A stretch of 64,000 nucleotides of DNA, taken from contig CAWJCY010000008.1 of NCBI GenBank assembly GCA_963841565.1, positions 15,546 through 79,545 on the forward strand. The letters run 5' to 3'. The translations under genes and the position numbers were made by a program. Under the pieces are notes generated by a model, which saw only the letters and a program-made list of their open reading frames with translations, did no database searches and was not told the DNA's origin. The DNA is from an uncultured Nitrososphaerales archaeon. Its GTDB lineage: Archaea; Thermoproteota; Nitrososphaeria; Nitrososphaerales; Nitrososphaeraceae. Of the stretch, positions 44,329-55,893 are shown one piece after another. Positions within the stretch are counted from its first letter, which is position 1. The number at the start of each line of letters is the position of its first letter.

Positions 44329-46149
44329 ATGAACTTAGAAATTGCGAGAATATTCAGAGAAATAGCATATATTTTGGAAATGGGGATAACCGAAAAGGGC
44401 AAAGAAGATCAAAAAACAAAACTAGGACTGATTTTTAAAATCAGGTCTTATAGAAGGGCGGCAGACGTGATAGAGAATCTCAATCCTGAGATAGATCAAT
44501 TATACAAAACAGAGAAACTAGACGGGCTTTTGAAATTACCTTCTATCGGTAAAGCAATCGCCTTGAAACTTGAAGAATATATTAACACAGGTAAGCTCAG
44601 ATATTACGAAGATCTAAAGAAGAACATTCCGATAAATGTTAGCGAATTCATGAATTTGGAGGGGATAGGTCCGAAAACAATCATAGCGCTTTACAACTCG
44701 CTAAAAATTCATAATATCTCTGAATTAGAAAGAGCAGCTAATGAAGGCAAAATTAGGAAGATTGCTGGTTTTTCTCAAAAGCGAGAAGAAGTAATTCTTA
44801 AAAGAATCCAGTTTTTTAAGAAAGGCAAAGAAAGACGATTAATTGGTGATATATACCCGCTTGTTAAGGAAATCGAGGAACGACTTACAAGTATTGCAGG
44901 AATTAAAGATGCCATTGCAGCTGGTTCTTTTAGAAGAATGAAGGAAACAGTTGGAGACATTGATTTCTTGGTTTCGGTAGCAGAAAAATCTGAGAGTACT
45001 ACGAAAACCAAGATAATTGAATATTTTACCAGCATGCCTGAGGTTAGAGAAATAATCGGCAAAGGATCTGCCAAAACATTCGTTAGGCTCAGAAATGGGA
45101 TACAAGCAGATCTGCTAGTAGTCCCTGAAGATAGTTTCGGTGCAGCGCTTCAGTATTTCACAGGAAGCAAAGAGCATGGCGTAGCCTTGAGGAAAGTAGC
45201 CCTTACAAGAGGTTTCAAGTTAAATGAGTGGGGAGTATTTGATAGTAACAATCATAAAGTTGCAGGTAGAACGGAAGAAGAAGTATACCAATTCTTAGGC
45301 TTGGAATGGATTCCTCCAGAGATTCGAGAAAATAAAGGAGAGATAGAGCTCGCAGCTAAAAAGAAAGGCAATCAATCCAAGAAGGGATATAAAGGAAAAA
45401 AAGCAAATCTACCTCAATTAATTGATTATAACGATTTGCAAGGAGATCTCCAAGTTCACAGCAACTATACTGACGGAGCTTTCTCAATAGAAGAAATGGC
45501 ACAAAATGCAAGGGTTAGGTTTGGGTTGAAATACATAGCTTTATCGGATCACACGGCAAGCCTCAAGTTAGCTAATGGTCTTGATGGGGAACAATTACTA
45601 GAACAGTCAAATAAAATTGCAGAAATCAACGATGAAAATAAGGAGACAGGCTTTCGCATTCTTTCCGGTGCAGAGGTAAATATACAAAAAGATGGATCTC
45701 TTGATATTCCCAATAATGTACTAGACAGACTGGACATTGTAGGGGCTGCCATTCATTCTAATTTTTCCTTACCTGTCGATATCCAAACTAATAGATTGTT
45801 AGAAGCAGCAAAAAATCCAAGTGTTGACATTATTTTTCATCCAACCGGCAGAATAATCAATAGACGAGACGGGTATCCCGTAGATATTGCCAGGCTAATC
45901 GAAACTGCAAGGGACACAAACACTGTTCTTGAAATAGACGCACACTATAATAGGCTTGATCTCAAAGATGAATACATAAGGATGGCAGTCAACAACGATG
46001 TAAAACTAGTTATCGATTCAGATGCACACCATCCTTTGCATTTTGCTTTCTTGAGATTTGGCATTGGCCAGGCAAGAAGAGGGTGGGCCGAGAAACCGAG
46101 TATCCTAAATGCTCTACCCGTTGGTCAGTTGCTAGATAGTTTAAAGTAA
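44329..46149 (+). CDS. polX: DNA polymerase X with PHP domain
   Basis: HhH motifs (PSIGK, GIGPK), GSFRR, GDIDFL, YFTGSKEH; PHP motifs SDHT, HPTGR, DSDAH. Confidence 0.95.
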   Translation: MNLEIARIFREIAYILEMGITEKGKEDQKTKLGLIFKIRSYRRAADVIENLNPEIDQLYKTEKLDGLLKLPSIGKAIALKLEEYINTGKLRYYEDLKKNIPINVSEFMNLEGIGPKTIIALYNSLKIHNISELERAANEGKIRKIAGFSQKREEVILKRIQFFKKGKERRLIGDIYPLVKEIEERLTSIAGIKDAIAAGSFRRMKETVGDIDFLVSVAEKSESTTKTKIIEYFTSMPEVREIIGKGSAKTFVRLRNGIQADLLVVPEDSFGAALQYFTGSKEHGVALRKVALTRGFKLNEWGVFDSNNHKVAGRTEEEVYQFLGLEWIPPEIRENKGEIELAAKKKGNQSKKGYKGKKANLPQLIDYNDLQGDLQVHSNYTDGAFSIEEMAQNARVRFGLKYIALSDHTASLKLANGLDGEQLLEQSNKIAEINDENKETGFRILSGAEVNIQKDGSLDIPNNVLDRLDIVGAAIHSNFSLPVDIQTNRLLEAAKNPSVDIIFHPTGRIINRRDGYPVDIARLIETARDTNTVLEIDAHYNRLDLKDEYIRMAVNNDVKLVIDSDAHHPLHFAFLRFGIGQARRGWAEKPSILNALPVGQLLDSLK

Positions 46150-46351
46150 ATATAGATCACTAACCTGTGCGTGTTTGAAATTTATTGAGTCTATCTTTGA
46201 AGCATTGTCAAAAGGAGGTAGATTTTAAACTAGATATGCATTGCATTACCACTCGAAATTTAGCTCGATACGTGAATGCAACGTAATATTCCCTTTTTAA
46301 CACTCATTAAACAAACAGGTAAGAGCAAATTTAATACTTCAATGAAATAAG

Positions 46352-47335
46352 TCATCCATACATTAGATTCTCTTCATTTTGGCCTGTCCCATTTTTGTCC
46401 ATCGATTTCTGCTGATTCCGTATGGATCTTGCAATTTTTTCAAGGTTCTTCTTGACCTGATTTCCCTGTTGTCTTAACTGAGCGACATCGATTCTCAATT
46501 CGTCGTAATTTGTTATATCTGCAAGTGTTTCAAGTATTACAGCAGCGCCTTCAGGATCCGGAATGCCACTTAATGATGGGACAAGGATTGCACTGCATGG
46601 GATATTGTTGGAAATACAGGAGGACAACAAACCGCCAGATATCCCACCAATATATGTAGGTCCTAAATTGTTAGAAGGTTCACTGTACTCTGATATGATT
46701 TCATTGCCGATTCCATCTTGGCTTGTTTCACTCGATTGCTTTAGACTCCCATCAAATGCGTTCAATTTATTGATTAGAGTATGATTCTCTTCGGTGTTTG
46801 AGAGTATGAATGGCTTTCTTTTGGATTGTGGTATGCCTTGCATTGGCATCCCTTCTAGAACTAATACGTTGGTTACATTACTGTCTAACGCCCATTTCAT
46901 GACTGCATCGAGAACACGATGAATGCCCTGAACCAATATCGGGGTTTCACAAACAAGAACACAAATAGTTCCTTCGTGATTAGCGTACAGTCTAAAAGGG
47001 TGCCTTAGCTTTCCTCCAACATAAATTACACCTGGCATAATAAATTCTGATTCGACGCATGCTATCTGTCGCATCCTTAAAGACTCTATAATGAAACTTG
47101 TACCTATAGAGCCAATTAGGCCAGGACCTGGAAATCCTGCAATAAGGAGGGGATTATTCAGCTTTACTGGTCCTTCTTTTCCTGAGATTGTTGAATTTAT
47201 TTCTGTTGTACGCCAGTTGCCACCTATGGGTCCGCCGCGTGCCTTGCCCATGGCTGACCTGATCGCAGGCTGGCCATATTTTGGTCTTTGATTACTATTA
47301 TGAGTATTATTATTACCTTTTTTACTTTGTGCCAA
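46352..47335 (-). CDS. PAC2 family proteasome assembly chaperone
   Basis: LIAGFPGPGLIG, HPFRLY, PDPEGAA, C-terminal MYG. Confidence 0.88.
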   Translation of the reverse strand: MAQSKKGNNNTHNSNQRPKYGQPAIRSAMGKARGGPIGGNWRTTEINSTISGKEGPVKLNNPLLIAGFPGPGLIGSIGTSFIIESLRMRQIACVESEFIMPGVIYVGGKLRHPFRLYANHEGTICVLVCETPILVQGIHRVLDAVMKWALDSNVTNVLVLEGMPMQGIPQSKRKPFILSNTEENHTLINKLNAFDGSLKQSSETSQDGIGNEIISEYSEPSNNLGPTYIGGISGGLLSSCISNNIPCSAILVPSLSGIPDPEGAAVILETLADITNYDELRIDVAQLRQQGNQVKKNLEKIARSIRNQQKSMDKNGTGQNEENLMYG

Positions 47336-47490
47336 TAACGATGTATTAACCTACAAGACTGATAATTGTTTTTGTATGCAAATGCCATCTCAACGTGCGT
47401 ACGTTGGTAAGACTCTGGAATTGTTCGCTCCAATTTTCCTATTCAGTCGATAGGTAATCGTAAGCCGGTTTAGCCCCAGTCTACGGTTAC

Positions 47491-48324
47491 CTAGCTCTGA
47501 CCACCTTGGACGGTTGCCGTAAATCTTACGGATTCACCAGCTTTTTCACTAGAACCAGAAGTTAAGGGGGATTTAATATCGGCTACTGTAATAGTTATTC
47601 CACCACTGTAATTAGGATCTAACATGACCCTTATAGGGGCTCGGCCGGCAGTCAAAGTTTGATCCATTTTGCTCCATAATTCCTTTCCTTGATCATCATA
47701 AATCGTAATGTCAAAGCTATCAATTGGCACTATGGGCTCTACGGTGGAGAGATTGGAAACCTCGCTAGTGATTGATCGCTCGAAATCCATGGTCAAATTA
47801 CTGTTGTTACCCTGCATCGTTTGAGGAGTCGCTTCTGGTGAACTAGCATTTAAAAACAATAATTCAATGTCAAAACCATCTTTTGATAGGATAGCTGGTG
47901 ACTGAATATCCACAGGGGAACTCCAGCGAAGTTCTACTTTGTAAGTACCTTTATCCGACACCTCTGTTAAAATTGGTAGTCGAGGTGAACTGGTCTGATT
48001 CTCGTTACTTGCAGAGATGTTACCTTGTCCTATGTCTCCTGGCTCATTCGTTTGGCTCATAGAGCTAGACAAGTTAATGTTACTGCCTTCCAACGATTGA
48101 TCGCCCGTCGTAGCGTTCGCCTGAGCCAATACGGGAGTTGAGTCGCCCGATTGATTGACTGCCAATACAAAAAGCACGACATAAAGCGCGATAAAAACAG
48201 AACTCTTTAGACAACAAACAAGTGACAAGAACGGGTTTTTGACGTATCCATTAGTAGCAATATCATAGTTCAAACCTATTTTTGACATGGTTAGAATATT
48301 TTTAGCACAATAGAATATAACCAT
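47491..48324 (-). CDS. secreted/membrane hypothetical protein
   Basis: TM or signal segment, N/S/T-rich linker, beta-rich domain (SDKGTYKVEL). Confidence 0.7.
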   Translation of the reverse strand: MVIFYCAKNILTMSKIGLNYDIATNGYVKNPFLSLVCCLKSSVFIALYVVLFVLAVNQSGDSTPVLAQANATTGDQSLEGSNINLSSSMSQTNEPGDIGQGNISASNENQTSSPRLPILTEVSDKGTYKVELRWSSPVDIQSPAILSKDGFDIELLFLNASSPEATPQTMQGNNSNLTMDFERSITSEVSNLSTVEPIVPIDSFDITIYDDQGKELWSKMDQTLTAGRAPIRVMLDPNYSGGITITVADIKSPLTSGSSEKAGESVRFTATVQGGQS

Positions 48325-48653
48325 TTAACATTTTACCTTTCTTGCTCTCAGAGGAATCGAATCCATTCGATACCCCGGCAATTGAATATCTGAATGTACA
48401 CTTAATGTAAACAGACATAAAGGTACATGAAAAACAGAGTCTGTAACTCTTTTTAAATCGAGCGAATTTCCGAGAATTCAGATACATTCAGTCTATTCAT
48501 TGCCTTTGTTACCCCATGCTCATACATTCAGGATTTCGTAGGAAAGTGTCTAACAATTCACATATGCAACCTTTGGCAACACCCTTACTATACCCACTCT
48601 GATCGAAGCGTTTATGTTTAACAAGATCATCCTGAATTGCATCATGACATGGT

Positions 48654-49526
48654 TTAATCATTCCTTCTGTTACTCTTTGAAGAAGATGATGGTTGTTCCA
48701 AACTTGCCTTCAAAGCTGCAATCAAATCTTGTGTTTGCTGAGGTTCTTTGGTTACTTGTCTAACTATGCTGACCTTTCCTCTTGCCTTTGCGTTTATTAG
48801 CTTTTCTAATTCTTCAGTATATTCATCATGGTAACGGGAAATATCAAAGTCTTTAGTCGTCAAGTTTTCTACTAACATATGGCCTAAGGACCTTTCTTTT
48901 TCGTCAATCGAAGGAACTTTAGCTTCTGATATCTCTGTGATTGCTTCAAGAGGTTTTATTTCACTCAAGTAGTGAAGTGTGTGCAGGACGAGTCCTCTTT
49001 GATAGGCTCTTATAGCAACCAAATGCTCTTTTTCCCCCCTTAAAACTACCTTACCGATCGCAGCCTTTTTCGTATCATGCAAAACTTTCACTAGCAGGGA
49101 ATAGGCTTTGTCTTGAACGGCTGGTGCAGAATTGCCCTTTATCTTCTTTCTCGCTCTCTTATCAGAGGAATCAGGTGCTATGTAATAGCTCTTCTCTACA
49201 AATAATGGGTCAAGCTCTTGTTCATCGATAAATTCTTTGATATCTATAGTCCTTGTACTTTCCACAGCAATTTTTTCTAAATCCTGTTTTTCAACTACTA
49301 CATACTGGTCCTTGGCAATTTCGTATCCCTTTTTTATTTCAGAATATGCAACTTCTCTTTCTTCGACTGGACACCATTTCTTATATTGTATTCTATGTCC
49401 TTCCTTATCAAGCTGATTAAACGAAAAATCCTTTGAAGTATCGATCGTAGTGTAAAGCCTAACTGGTACATTAACTAATCCAAACGATATGCTCCCTGTC
49501 CATATAGTAGAGACCAATAGGATCAA
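48654..49526 (-). CDS. ku: Ku protein (NHEJ end-binding)
   Basis: IWTGSISFGLVNVPVRLY, IKKGYE, SYYIAP, DLIAALKASL. Confidence 0.96.
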   Translation of the reverse strand: MILLVSTIWTGSISFGLVNVPVRLYTTIDTSKDFSFNQLDKEGHRIQYKKWCPVEEREVAYSEIKKGYEIAKDQYVVVEKQDLEKIAVESTRTIDIKEFIDEQELDPLFVEKSYYIAPDSSDKRARKKIKGNSAPAVQDKAYSLLVKVLHDTKKAAIGKVVLRGEKEHLVAIRAYQRGLVLHTLHYLSEIKPLEAITEISEAKVPSIDEKERSLGHMLVENLTTKDFDISRYHDEYTEELEKLINAKARGKVSIVRQVTKEPQQTQDLIAALKASLEQPSSSSKSNRRND

Positions 49527-49872
49527 ATTAATTTAATTTTTAAGTTTAATAAATTCAGCTGTACATTTGTAGGGTTCTTCCTTCAGAGGAGAAAATTGTG
49601 GAAAAATGATTACGTCTGATCTTTGATAACAAAGTTACATAATAATATCTAATAACTTATAAAGCTACGCATAAGTTAATGACAGATTTGGGTATTATTC
49701 TTGTATTTCAAAATGAGTGGTATGTACTTTTTTACTTGTTATGTTACATTCCAAAATAATTCAAAGTGATATTCTTGATACATCGATGATTGGCGAGCAC
49801 GATATCGTGGCCATTTTTATATGTTGAAATCATTAAATAGTATGAGCAGCAAGGACCAGCTGAACAGCGCTC

Positions 49873-50373
49873 ATGTATGAAGGTGCCTATGTTTATGATT
49901 CGATTGGGAAAAAGGTTGGTCAGGTCACCAGAGTTATTAATTCAAATTATATTCTAGTAAGAAAAAAGGGACTAGTATCAGACGAAGAATTTCAGATACC
50001 CGTTGGTTGTGTCTCCCATTTCAATTCATCGGAAGATAATCTCTCTATCACCCTAAACATCGATCAATCTTGCCTAAAGCATGGGTTTGAAATTATTAGT
50101 GGTGGTAGTGGCGGTGCAATTCCCTCTGCTCACGAGCCGGAACTTATCCCAACTTCGAAGGAAACTATACGTTACACTGTGGATGAAACACAACATGGTA
50201 ACAACCATAATAGTCTAAATGATACTAGCTTTATTAATTCCTCATCTTACACGAGTGATCGGTTGCCTCAAGATTCATCTTTCATATGTGAGATGTGTAC
50301 GAAAAGACTTGACAATCAAGAAAAACTGCAAGCACATCGGAAGTTGGAGCATAATACTGCCACCGATGTGTAA
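49873..50373 (+). CDS. PRC/DUF2171-like domain plus C2H2 zinc finger
   Basis: VYDSIGKKVGQV...KKGL; CEMC...HRKLEH. Confidence 0.7.
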   Translation: MYEGAYVYDSIGKKVGQVTRVINSNYILVRKKGLVSDEEFQIPVGCVSHFNSSEDNLSITLNIDQSCLKHGFEIISGGSGGAIPSAHEPELIPTSKETIRYTVDETQHGNNHNSLNDTSFINSSSYTSDRLPQDSSFICEMCTKRLDNQEKLQAHRKLEHNTATDV

Positions 50374-50662
50374 TTTGCACATCTTAAGAGCTAAGATAAG
50401 TAATTATTGAACTTTGATTTTCAAGGGTATCAAAGTGGCTATCATCTGCTTCCGACCAACTTTTAGCGACGAGGAGCGATTTGCTGTACCATTGATATTT
50501 TAGCAGGCGTTCGCGCCTAACTATGCCTAATCTGGTTACGACTCAAATTGCTATTTCCTTCCATACATAACTAAATCAGATTCGGCTGAACTTTTTTTCT
50601 TTCCTCTCAAGGGCCGATAAAATAACTAATATGGGTGTTATCTCAAGTCACCTTAAACTATT

Positions 50663-51511
50663 ATGCCTGGTAGACTCATCGACGGCAATGCCGTTTCTGC
50701 GACTATAAAATCTAGGCTTACAAATCGTGTTAGCCAATTAAAGGAGAAAGGTATCTCACCATGTCTGGCTACAATTCTCGTAGGTAATGACTCTGCTTCT
50801 GCCATTTACGTACAAAACAAGCAGAAGGCAGCCAAGCAAGTCGGACTAGTCACTCAAGATCATCGGTTAAAAGAGGATCTGTCACAGACCGAATTGGCAA
50901 TCCTTATCGACTCTTTGAACAACGACTCTAGTATCCACGGAATTTTAGTGCAGTTACCTCTTCCAAAACATATTAACGAATTTGATATAATTAACAAAAT
51001 CTCGCCAAGAAAAGATGTCGACGGATTGACCTCCATTAATTCAGGTTTACTGCTACATGGCGAGGCTTCACTCAAGCCGTGTACTCCCTCCGGGATTATA
51101 GAATTGTTGGACTATTATAACATCGGAATTAGATCTCAGAATGTAATAATAGTGAACAGATCCATCCTAGTGGGAAAGCCTCTTGCTTTACTTATGCTTG
51201 AGCGTGATGCCACCGTTACAATATGTCATTCGAAATCAGTAAATTTGAATCGTCTCTTGTTACAGTCAGATATAATAATTACAGCTGTTGGAGACAGAAA
51301 TAAATTTGTTCTTAATTCTGAAATGATCAAAGAAAAAGCCGTTGTAATAGATGTGGGAACAAATAGACAATCTGGTAAATTACTTGGGGATGTAGACTTT
51401 GAATCTGTCAAAGAAAAAGCCTCTTGGATTACACCAGTTCCAGGAGGAGTAGGTCCAATGACTATAGCTATGCTTTTGAGTAACACCGTAACGGCTGCTC
51501 TAAATTCTTAA
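50663..51511 (+). CDS. folD: methylenetetrahydrofolate dehydrogenase/cyclohydrolase
   Basis: YVQNK, GILVQLPLP, KDVDG, PCTP, TPVPGGVGPMT. Confidence 0.96.
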   Translation: MPGRLIDGNAVSATIKSRLTNRVSQLKEKGISPCLATILVGNDSASAIYVQNKQKAAKQVGLVTQDHRLKEDLSQTELAILIDSLNNDSSIHGILVQLPLPKHINEFDIINKISPRKDVDGLTSINSGLLLHGEASLKPCTPSGIIELLDYYNIGIRSQNVIIVNRSILVGKPLALLMLERDATVTICHSKSVNLNRLLLQSDIIITAVGDRNKFVLNSEMIKEKAVVIDVGTNRQSGKLLGDVDFESVKEKASWITPVPGGVGPMTIAMLLSNTVTAALNS

Positions 51512-51799
51512 TCACCTGATTAGCATGCAATCTGCACTAACTGTTCTGTAAAGACGTCCGATCTCCCCTCAGATCCCGTAAACGTCCTTTATCCGAATAC
51601 AACATATATTATTTTTCATAAGGATAAAAATTCTGTCAGCAGTTTGTACCCTTACTCTTCTCAGCATATTACTCGACGGATTGAAGAAATCCTGCGACTG
51701 GCCAATATTATTCTCGTAGTCATGTCTACAAAGATTATCTCTGACTGCTCCATTTTATTTTCAGTTTTTGATTCCGAATTCAGATGACGTCAAGTAAGC

Positions 51800-52621
51800 A
51801 TGAGTCATATAGATGATAACTATTCTGCAAATGGTCAATCGAAAACTACCATCATACATATAGAGCCACCAAAAGTTTTCCAGACTGAGCGTGAACTCGG
51901 AACGGCGATTGATGTAACAGAAATTCTTACGGTGCTTGCCATAACCGCATTCGCAGGTGGTACTTCCTTTGTCGGTGCGATGATAGCGCGAAAAAGAAAC
52001 TTCTCTGAACAACAAGTGTTAACTTTCACGGCATTTGGAGCAGGAATCCTGATGGCGGCAGCAGTATTTGAAATGGTTATAGAGGCAGAAACAGAACTAG
52101 GTATAGGAATTACCATATTTGCATTTTTGGGAGGAGCTATTATTTTCACACTAGCCGACGTCATTGCGGAAAAAAAAGGCGGTGGAGCAGGGATTTTGCT
52201 TGGTATTGGACTGGATTCAATTCCAGAATCCCTTGCTATAGGAGCATCCATCGCGGCTGCTGGTCCTGCAATGGCATTAGCGATCTTAATCGGAATACAG
52301 AATGTTCCGGAAGGAATTGCATCATATCGAGAAATGATGACCGGAAAGACAGCATTCCACAATAATCCAAGGAAGGCACTCACTGCAATAGGTATTGTGT
52401 CTATAATTCCGATATTCCTTGGATTAGTGGGGCTGTTCTATTTCCAAGGTATGGCAGAAATTATCGCAATCACCCTGGCTTTGTCTGCAGGGGGCATTTT
52501 CTATATGCTCTACTATGATATGATACCAAAAGCCCACAAAGAACGAAAGTGGATCCCAACATTCGGTGCTGTTTTGGGTTTTATCATTGGATTTGCTATT
52601 GTGAGAACTATAGGGGGATAA
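51800..52621 (+). CDS. ZIP family metal transporter
   Basis: Multiple TM helices, DSIPES and QNVPEG motifs. Confidence 0.88.
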   Translation: MSHIDDNYSANGQSKTTIIHIEPPKVFQTERELGTAIDVTEILTVLAITAFAGGTSFVGAMIARKRNFSEQQVLTFTAFGAGILMAAAVFEMVIEAETELGIGITIFAFLGGAIIFTLADVIAEKKGGGAGILLGIGLDSIPESLAIGASIAAAGPAMALAILIGIQNVPEGIASYREMMTGKTAFHNNPRKALTAIGIVSIIPIFLGLVGLFYFQGMAEIIAITLALSAGGIFYMLYYDMIPKAHKERKWIPTFGAVLGFIIGFAIVRTIGG

Positions 52622-52875
52622 TTCTTTTTGGGAACGGATTCCATAATCTCCCCTTATCCTATTTTTATTAATTAAGCACATCAATTCGGTCCCAACTGAG
52701 GTACAAAATCAGCCCAAAATGAATTAATGTGATCGACTCAGATACCATGCTCATATACTCATACTCAAAGAAATCTCAATTCGAATCTTATCTGCCAGCA
52801 AGTCTACATTGGTTCTTTATTTAAGCCAAAGTTAAAAGATATGATTTATGAAACAAGTACGGTAAAGTAATAAGG

Positions 52876-54012
52876 TTGACTCTCCTAACCGTTTTTAGAT
52901 TTGCATTGGAAAAACAACAAGAATCAATATCATATGATAGCTATGTCAGCCGGTTGCAACAATTATTAGATTCTAAAAAGATTACAAGTGAACACTTCAA
53001 TCATTTCAAGTCAAGAGGCATCGAAATCATTCGTCCATTACAAGACTTCGGTTTAAAATCTCTTGGCCGTGTTTTGCCAGAAATTGTGATAGGCGCCTCA
53101 TATGAATTTGTTAAAAGAATGAAAATTCCATATCAAGCAACAAGCTTTCTGGTTGCAAATACCAAATCTAACTTAAATGGATGGTATGTATATAAAATTC
53201 CTGAACAGCCCAAGGGTGGACTAATTCTTTTGAGCGGAGGGAAAAGAAGGCTTGGTGATAATATTTTTGCCTCCACACATAGAATAATCTTGGGAAGGAA
53301 GGCGATTTTAGTCAGTGCAGTTAATTTAATGACAAATAAGAATAACATCTGGAATTGGCATTTTTTTGGGGATCATTTAAAGCAGATCAATGAATCTCTT
53401 TATGACGATCTGGTAAAACTCGAGACGATTATGAATCGTGACGATGACTCTACTGGTAACATGAAAAGTGATAGCCCCCATTACTACGTAGTAATCGCGA
53501 GATCGGAATCAACTTTTAAGAAATTAGAAATCGTAGAAAACTATTTGCAAAATAAAATTGCAGTTTTGAATCCTGAAAATAATATACACACAATTTTTGT
53601 TACTAATAAATCTGGATTTGAGTTCGCTTCAAAAAGAATCGAGGAATCAAGTTTGGTTAGCTATATTGATACGGGAGAAAACTTTGATCTTTATCAGGGA
53701 ATGCAAGTACTAAGGCGAAGGTATGGGATAGACTTGATGCTAAATGACGGTGGACGTATAATGTCAGATGGAGTTAGGAGGGAGGGACTTTTGGGTGAAG
53801 AGAGAATGTCCCTAGAACCGTTTCCTGGTGAAGATATCTTTCCTTCGGACAAGTATATAGATCCTACCACAGTAGCTGGATCAAAGGGTCTAGGTTTAGA
53901 CGGTAGTGAGATAGAAGGATCCGTCTTATTACACTCAACCAACATTGAGGATGAGAAATTGAATGTATACATTTACACCTTGGACGAACGTAAAGTACTG
54001 CAAAGTAAATAG
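52876..54012 (+). CDS. hypothetical protein with RibD C-terminal-like segment
   Basis: DLYQGMQVLRRRYGIDLMLNDGG resembles the RibD/DHFR LxxEGG region. Confidence 0.55.
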   Translation: MTLLTVFRFALEKQQESISYDSYVSRLQQLLDSKKITSEHFNHFKSRGIEIIRPLQDFGLKSLGRVLPEIVIGASYEFVKRMKIPYQATSFLVANTKSNLNGWYVYKIPEQPKGGLILLSGGKRRLGDNIFASTHRIILGRKAILVSAVNLMTNKNNIWNWHFFGDHLKQINESLYDDLVKLETIMNRDDDSTGNMKSDSPHYYVVIARSESTFKKLEIVENYLQNKIAVLNPENNIHTIFVTNKSGFEFASKRIEESSLVSYIDTGENFDLYQGMQVLRRRYGIDLMLNDGGRIMSDGVRREGLLGEERMSLEPFPGEDIFPSDKYIDPTTVAGSKGLGLDGSEIEGSVLLHSTNIEDEKLNVYIYTLDERKVLQSK

Positions 54013-54405
54013 GATAAAGATCTATTGAAATATGCAGATATCATGTATTCTACATTAAGTATTACATAATGAAATTCAGGTCAAGTTTCCTCTCTCTACC
54101 TCAGCTCAAGAATACTCTTGATTATTATTTTTGACTTTAATTACGTTGCTTAGAGATACATAGAAGACAGGCTTCTGATAGATGGAAGACTCTCCTCATC
54201 AAGCTCCCTTCACTCCTCTATTTGGAAAGTTTTTGTATCCCATTAACGCAAGATCATAGCAATTGAAAGTATTGAAGATTTAATGTACGTTGTACAGTCA
54301 GAATGTATGTGCTAGGCTCTTCGAACCCAATATTTCTGGGTCGGATGGCAAGAAATGAGAAAGGATGATAAACTAATGAGTAGAACTAAATAGAGAATAA
54401 AGGAA

Positions 54406-55698
54406 ATGAAAAGGAAGAAACTCAGCAATACCAGTGGTAGTCCAGCCACGGATAACTATAACACTATTGAAAACGTACTAGTGCTTCAAGGCGGCGGATC
54501 TTTGGGGGCCTTTGGGTGTGGAGTTTTAAAAGCTATCGCAAATTACAATATCAAACTAGATATTATTGCAGGTACTTCTATTGGTGGCATAAACGCTGCG
54601 ATTATAGCTGGAAGCAGAGATGAAAAACACCCAGAAGAAGCATTGGAGCGCTTCTGGTTAGAGTTATCGGAGAGCTTTGTGGACTTGGATCAAATAGTTC
54701 CTCCTCCTTCAGTTTCTATCCCGAAATTTGTGGAAAACTTGCTTCTACGTCCGTCTGCGTATTTGTATAATGGCGATGTCTCATCCTCAACCCCCATCAC
54801 AAAAGATATTCAATCAAGAACGCATCACCGCGAAAATGACATAAAGATGAGGCAGTTTCGATCCTTCTACAGCTCGGCCATTTTTGGGAATGAGAAAATG
54901 TTTAGACCAAGATGGAGGCAGGAAACTGCTCTATCAGATCCAGAGTATTTCACACCACAAAATTGGACTTATCTGTATGATCATACGCCCTTAGTGAAGA
55001 CTCTAGCAAACTATATCGACTACGATAAATTAAGACCCGAAGGAAATCCTAACTCACGTTTGATATTAACAGCAGTAAATATCCTAAATGCAGAACCTTT
55101 AACATTTGACAGTTCAAAAGAACAAATAACACCTAAGCATATACTTGCCACCTCTGCTTATCCTATGTACAACTTTCGTTGGGTGGAAGTCAAAGAGGGA
55201 ATATATACTTGGGATGGAAGTCTGCTGAGTAATACCCCATTAAGGGAGGTGATAGATGCCTCTCCCATAATTGACAAGCGAATATTTATTGTTGAAAATT
55301 ATCCAAAAAAAGTTAATCAGCTCCCGAAGAACTTACCTGAAGTCTATCATAGAGCAAGAGATATTATATTTTCTGATAAAACTGAGCATAGTGTAACAAT
55401 GTCAAAAGTAATTACGATGTACCTAAAGTACATCGACGAACTCTACCAAATGATTGAAGATCATGTCGATTTATCAAAAATTGATAAAGAACAACTCAAA
55501 AAAATTCGTAATAAATACAAAAAGATCAAGCATGAGCGTGGAGCTGAGATAAAGGAAATCCTGTACATAACACGCGATGAACCTTTCCCCCATATGTATG
55601 AGAATGCAGATTTTTCTCCCCAAACGATAAAAGCCTCAATCAGAGAGGGCGAGATGAAGACAGTTGAAGTGTTAAAAAGGCGGGTGGTTCGAAGCTAA
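54406..55698 (+). CDS. patatin-like phospholipase
   Basis: GGGSLG, GTSIG nucleophile, WDGS. Confidence 0.92.
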   Translation: MKRKKLSNTSGSPATDNYNTIENVLVLQGGGSLGAFGCGVLKAIANYNIKLDIIAGTSIGGINAAIIAGSRDEKHPEEALERFWLELSESFVDLDQIVPPPSVSIPKFVENLLLRPSAYLYNGDVSSSTPITKDIQSRTHHRENDIKMRQFRSFYSSAIFGNEKMFRPRWRQETALSDPEYFTPQNWTYLYDHTPLVKTLANYIDYDKLRPEGNPNSRLILTAVNILNAEPLTFDSSKEQITPKHILATSAYPMYNFRWVEVKEGIYTWDGSLLSNTPLREVIDASPIIDKRIFIVENYPKKVNQLPKNLPEVYHRARDIIFSDKTEHSVTMSKVITMYLKYIDELYQMIEDHVDLSKIDKEQLKKIRNKYKKIKHERGAEIKEILYITRDEPFPHMYENADFSPQTIKASIREGEMKTVEVLKRRVVRS

Positions 55699-55893
55699 TG
55701 GAGCGTAGAGCATGAATGGATACAATCCTATCGTTAAAGATATATTTCTCAGCTTTTGTTTGAATTTCAAACTGAGTCTTTAAATAATTTATGATGTTCA
55801 TCCATGTTATGGGCTCATTTGAAGATTCAAATATGCAGAAACGTCCTATCTTCTAAATAGTTATGAAATAACAGAGATTCTGAATGAGAAATA

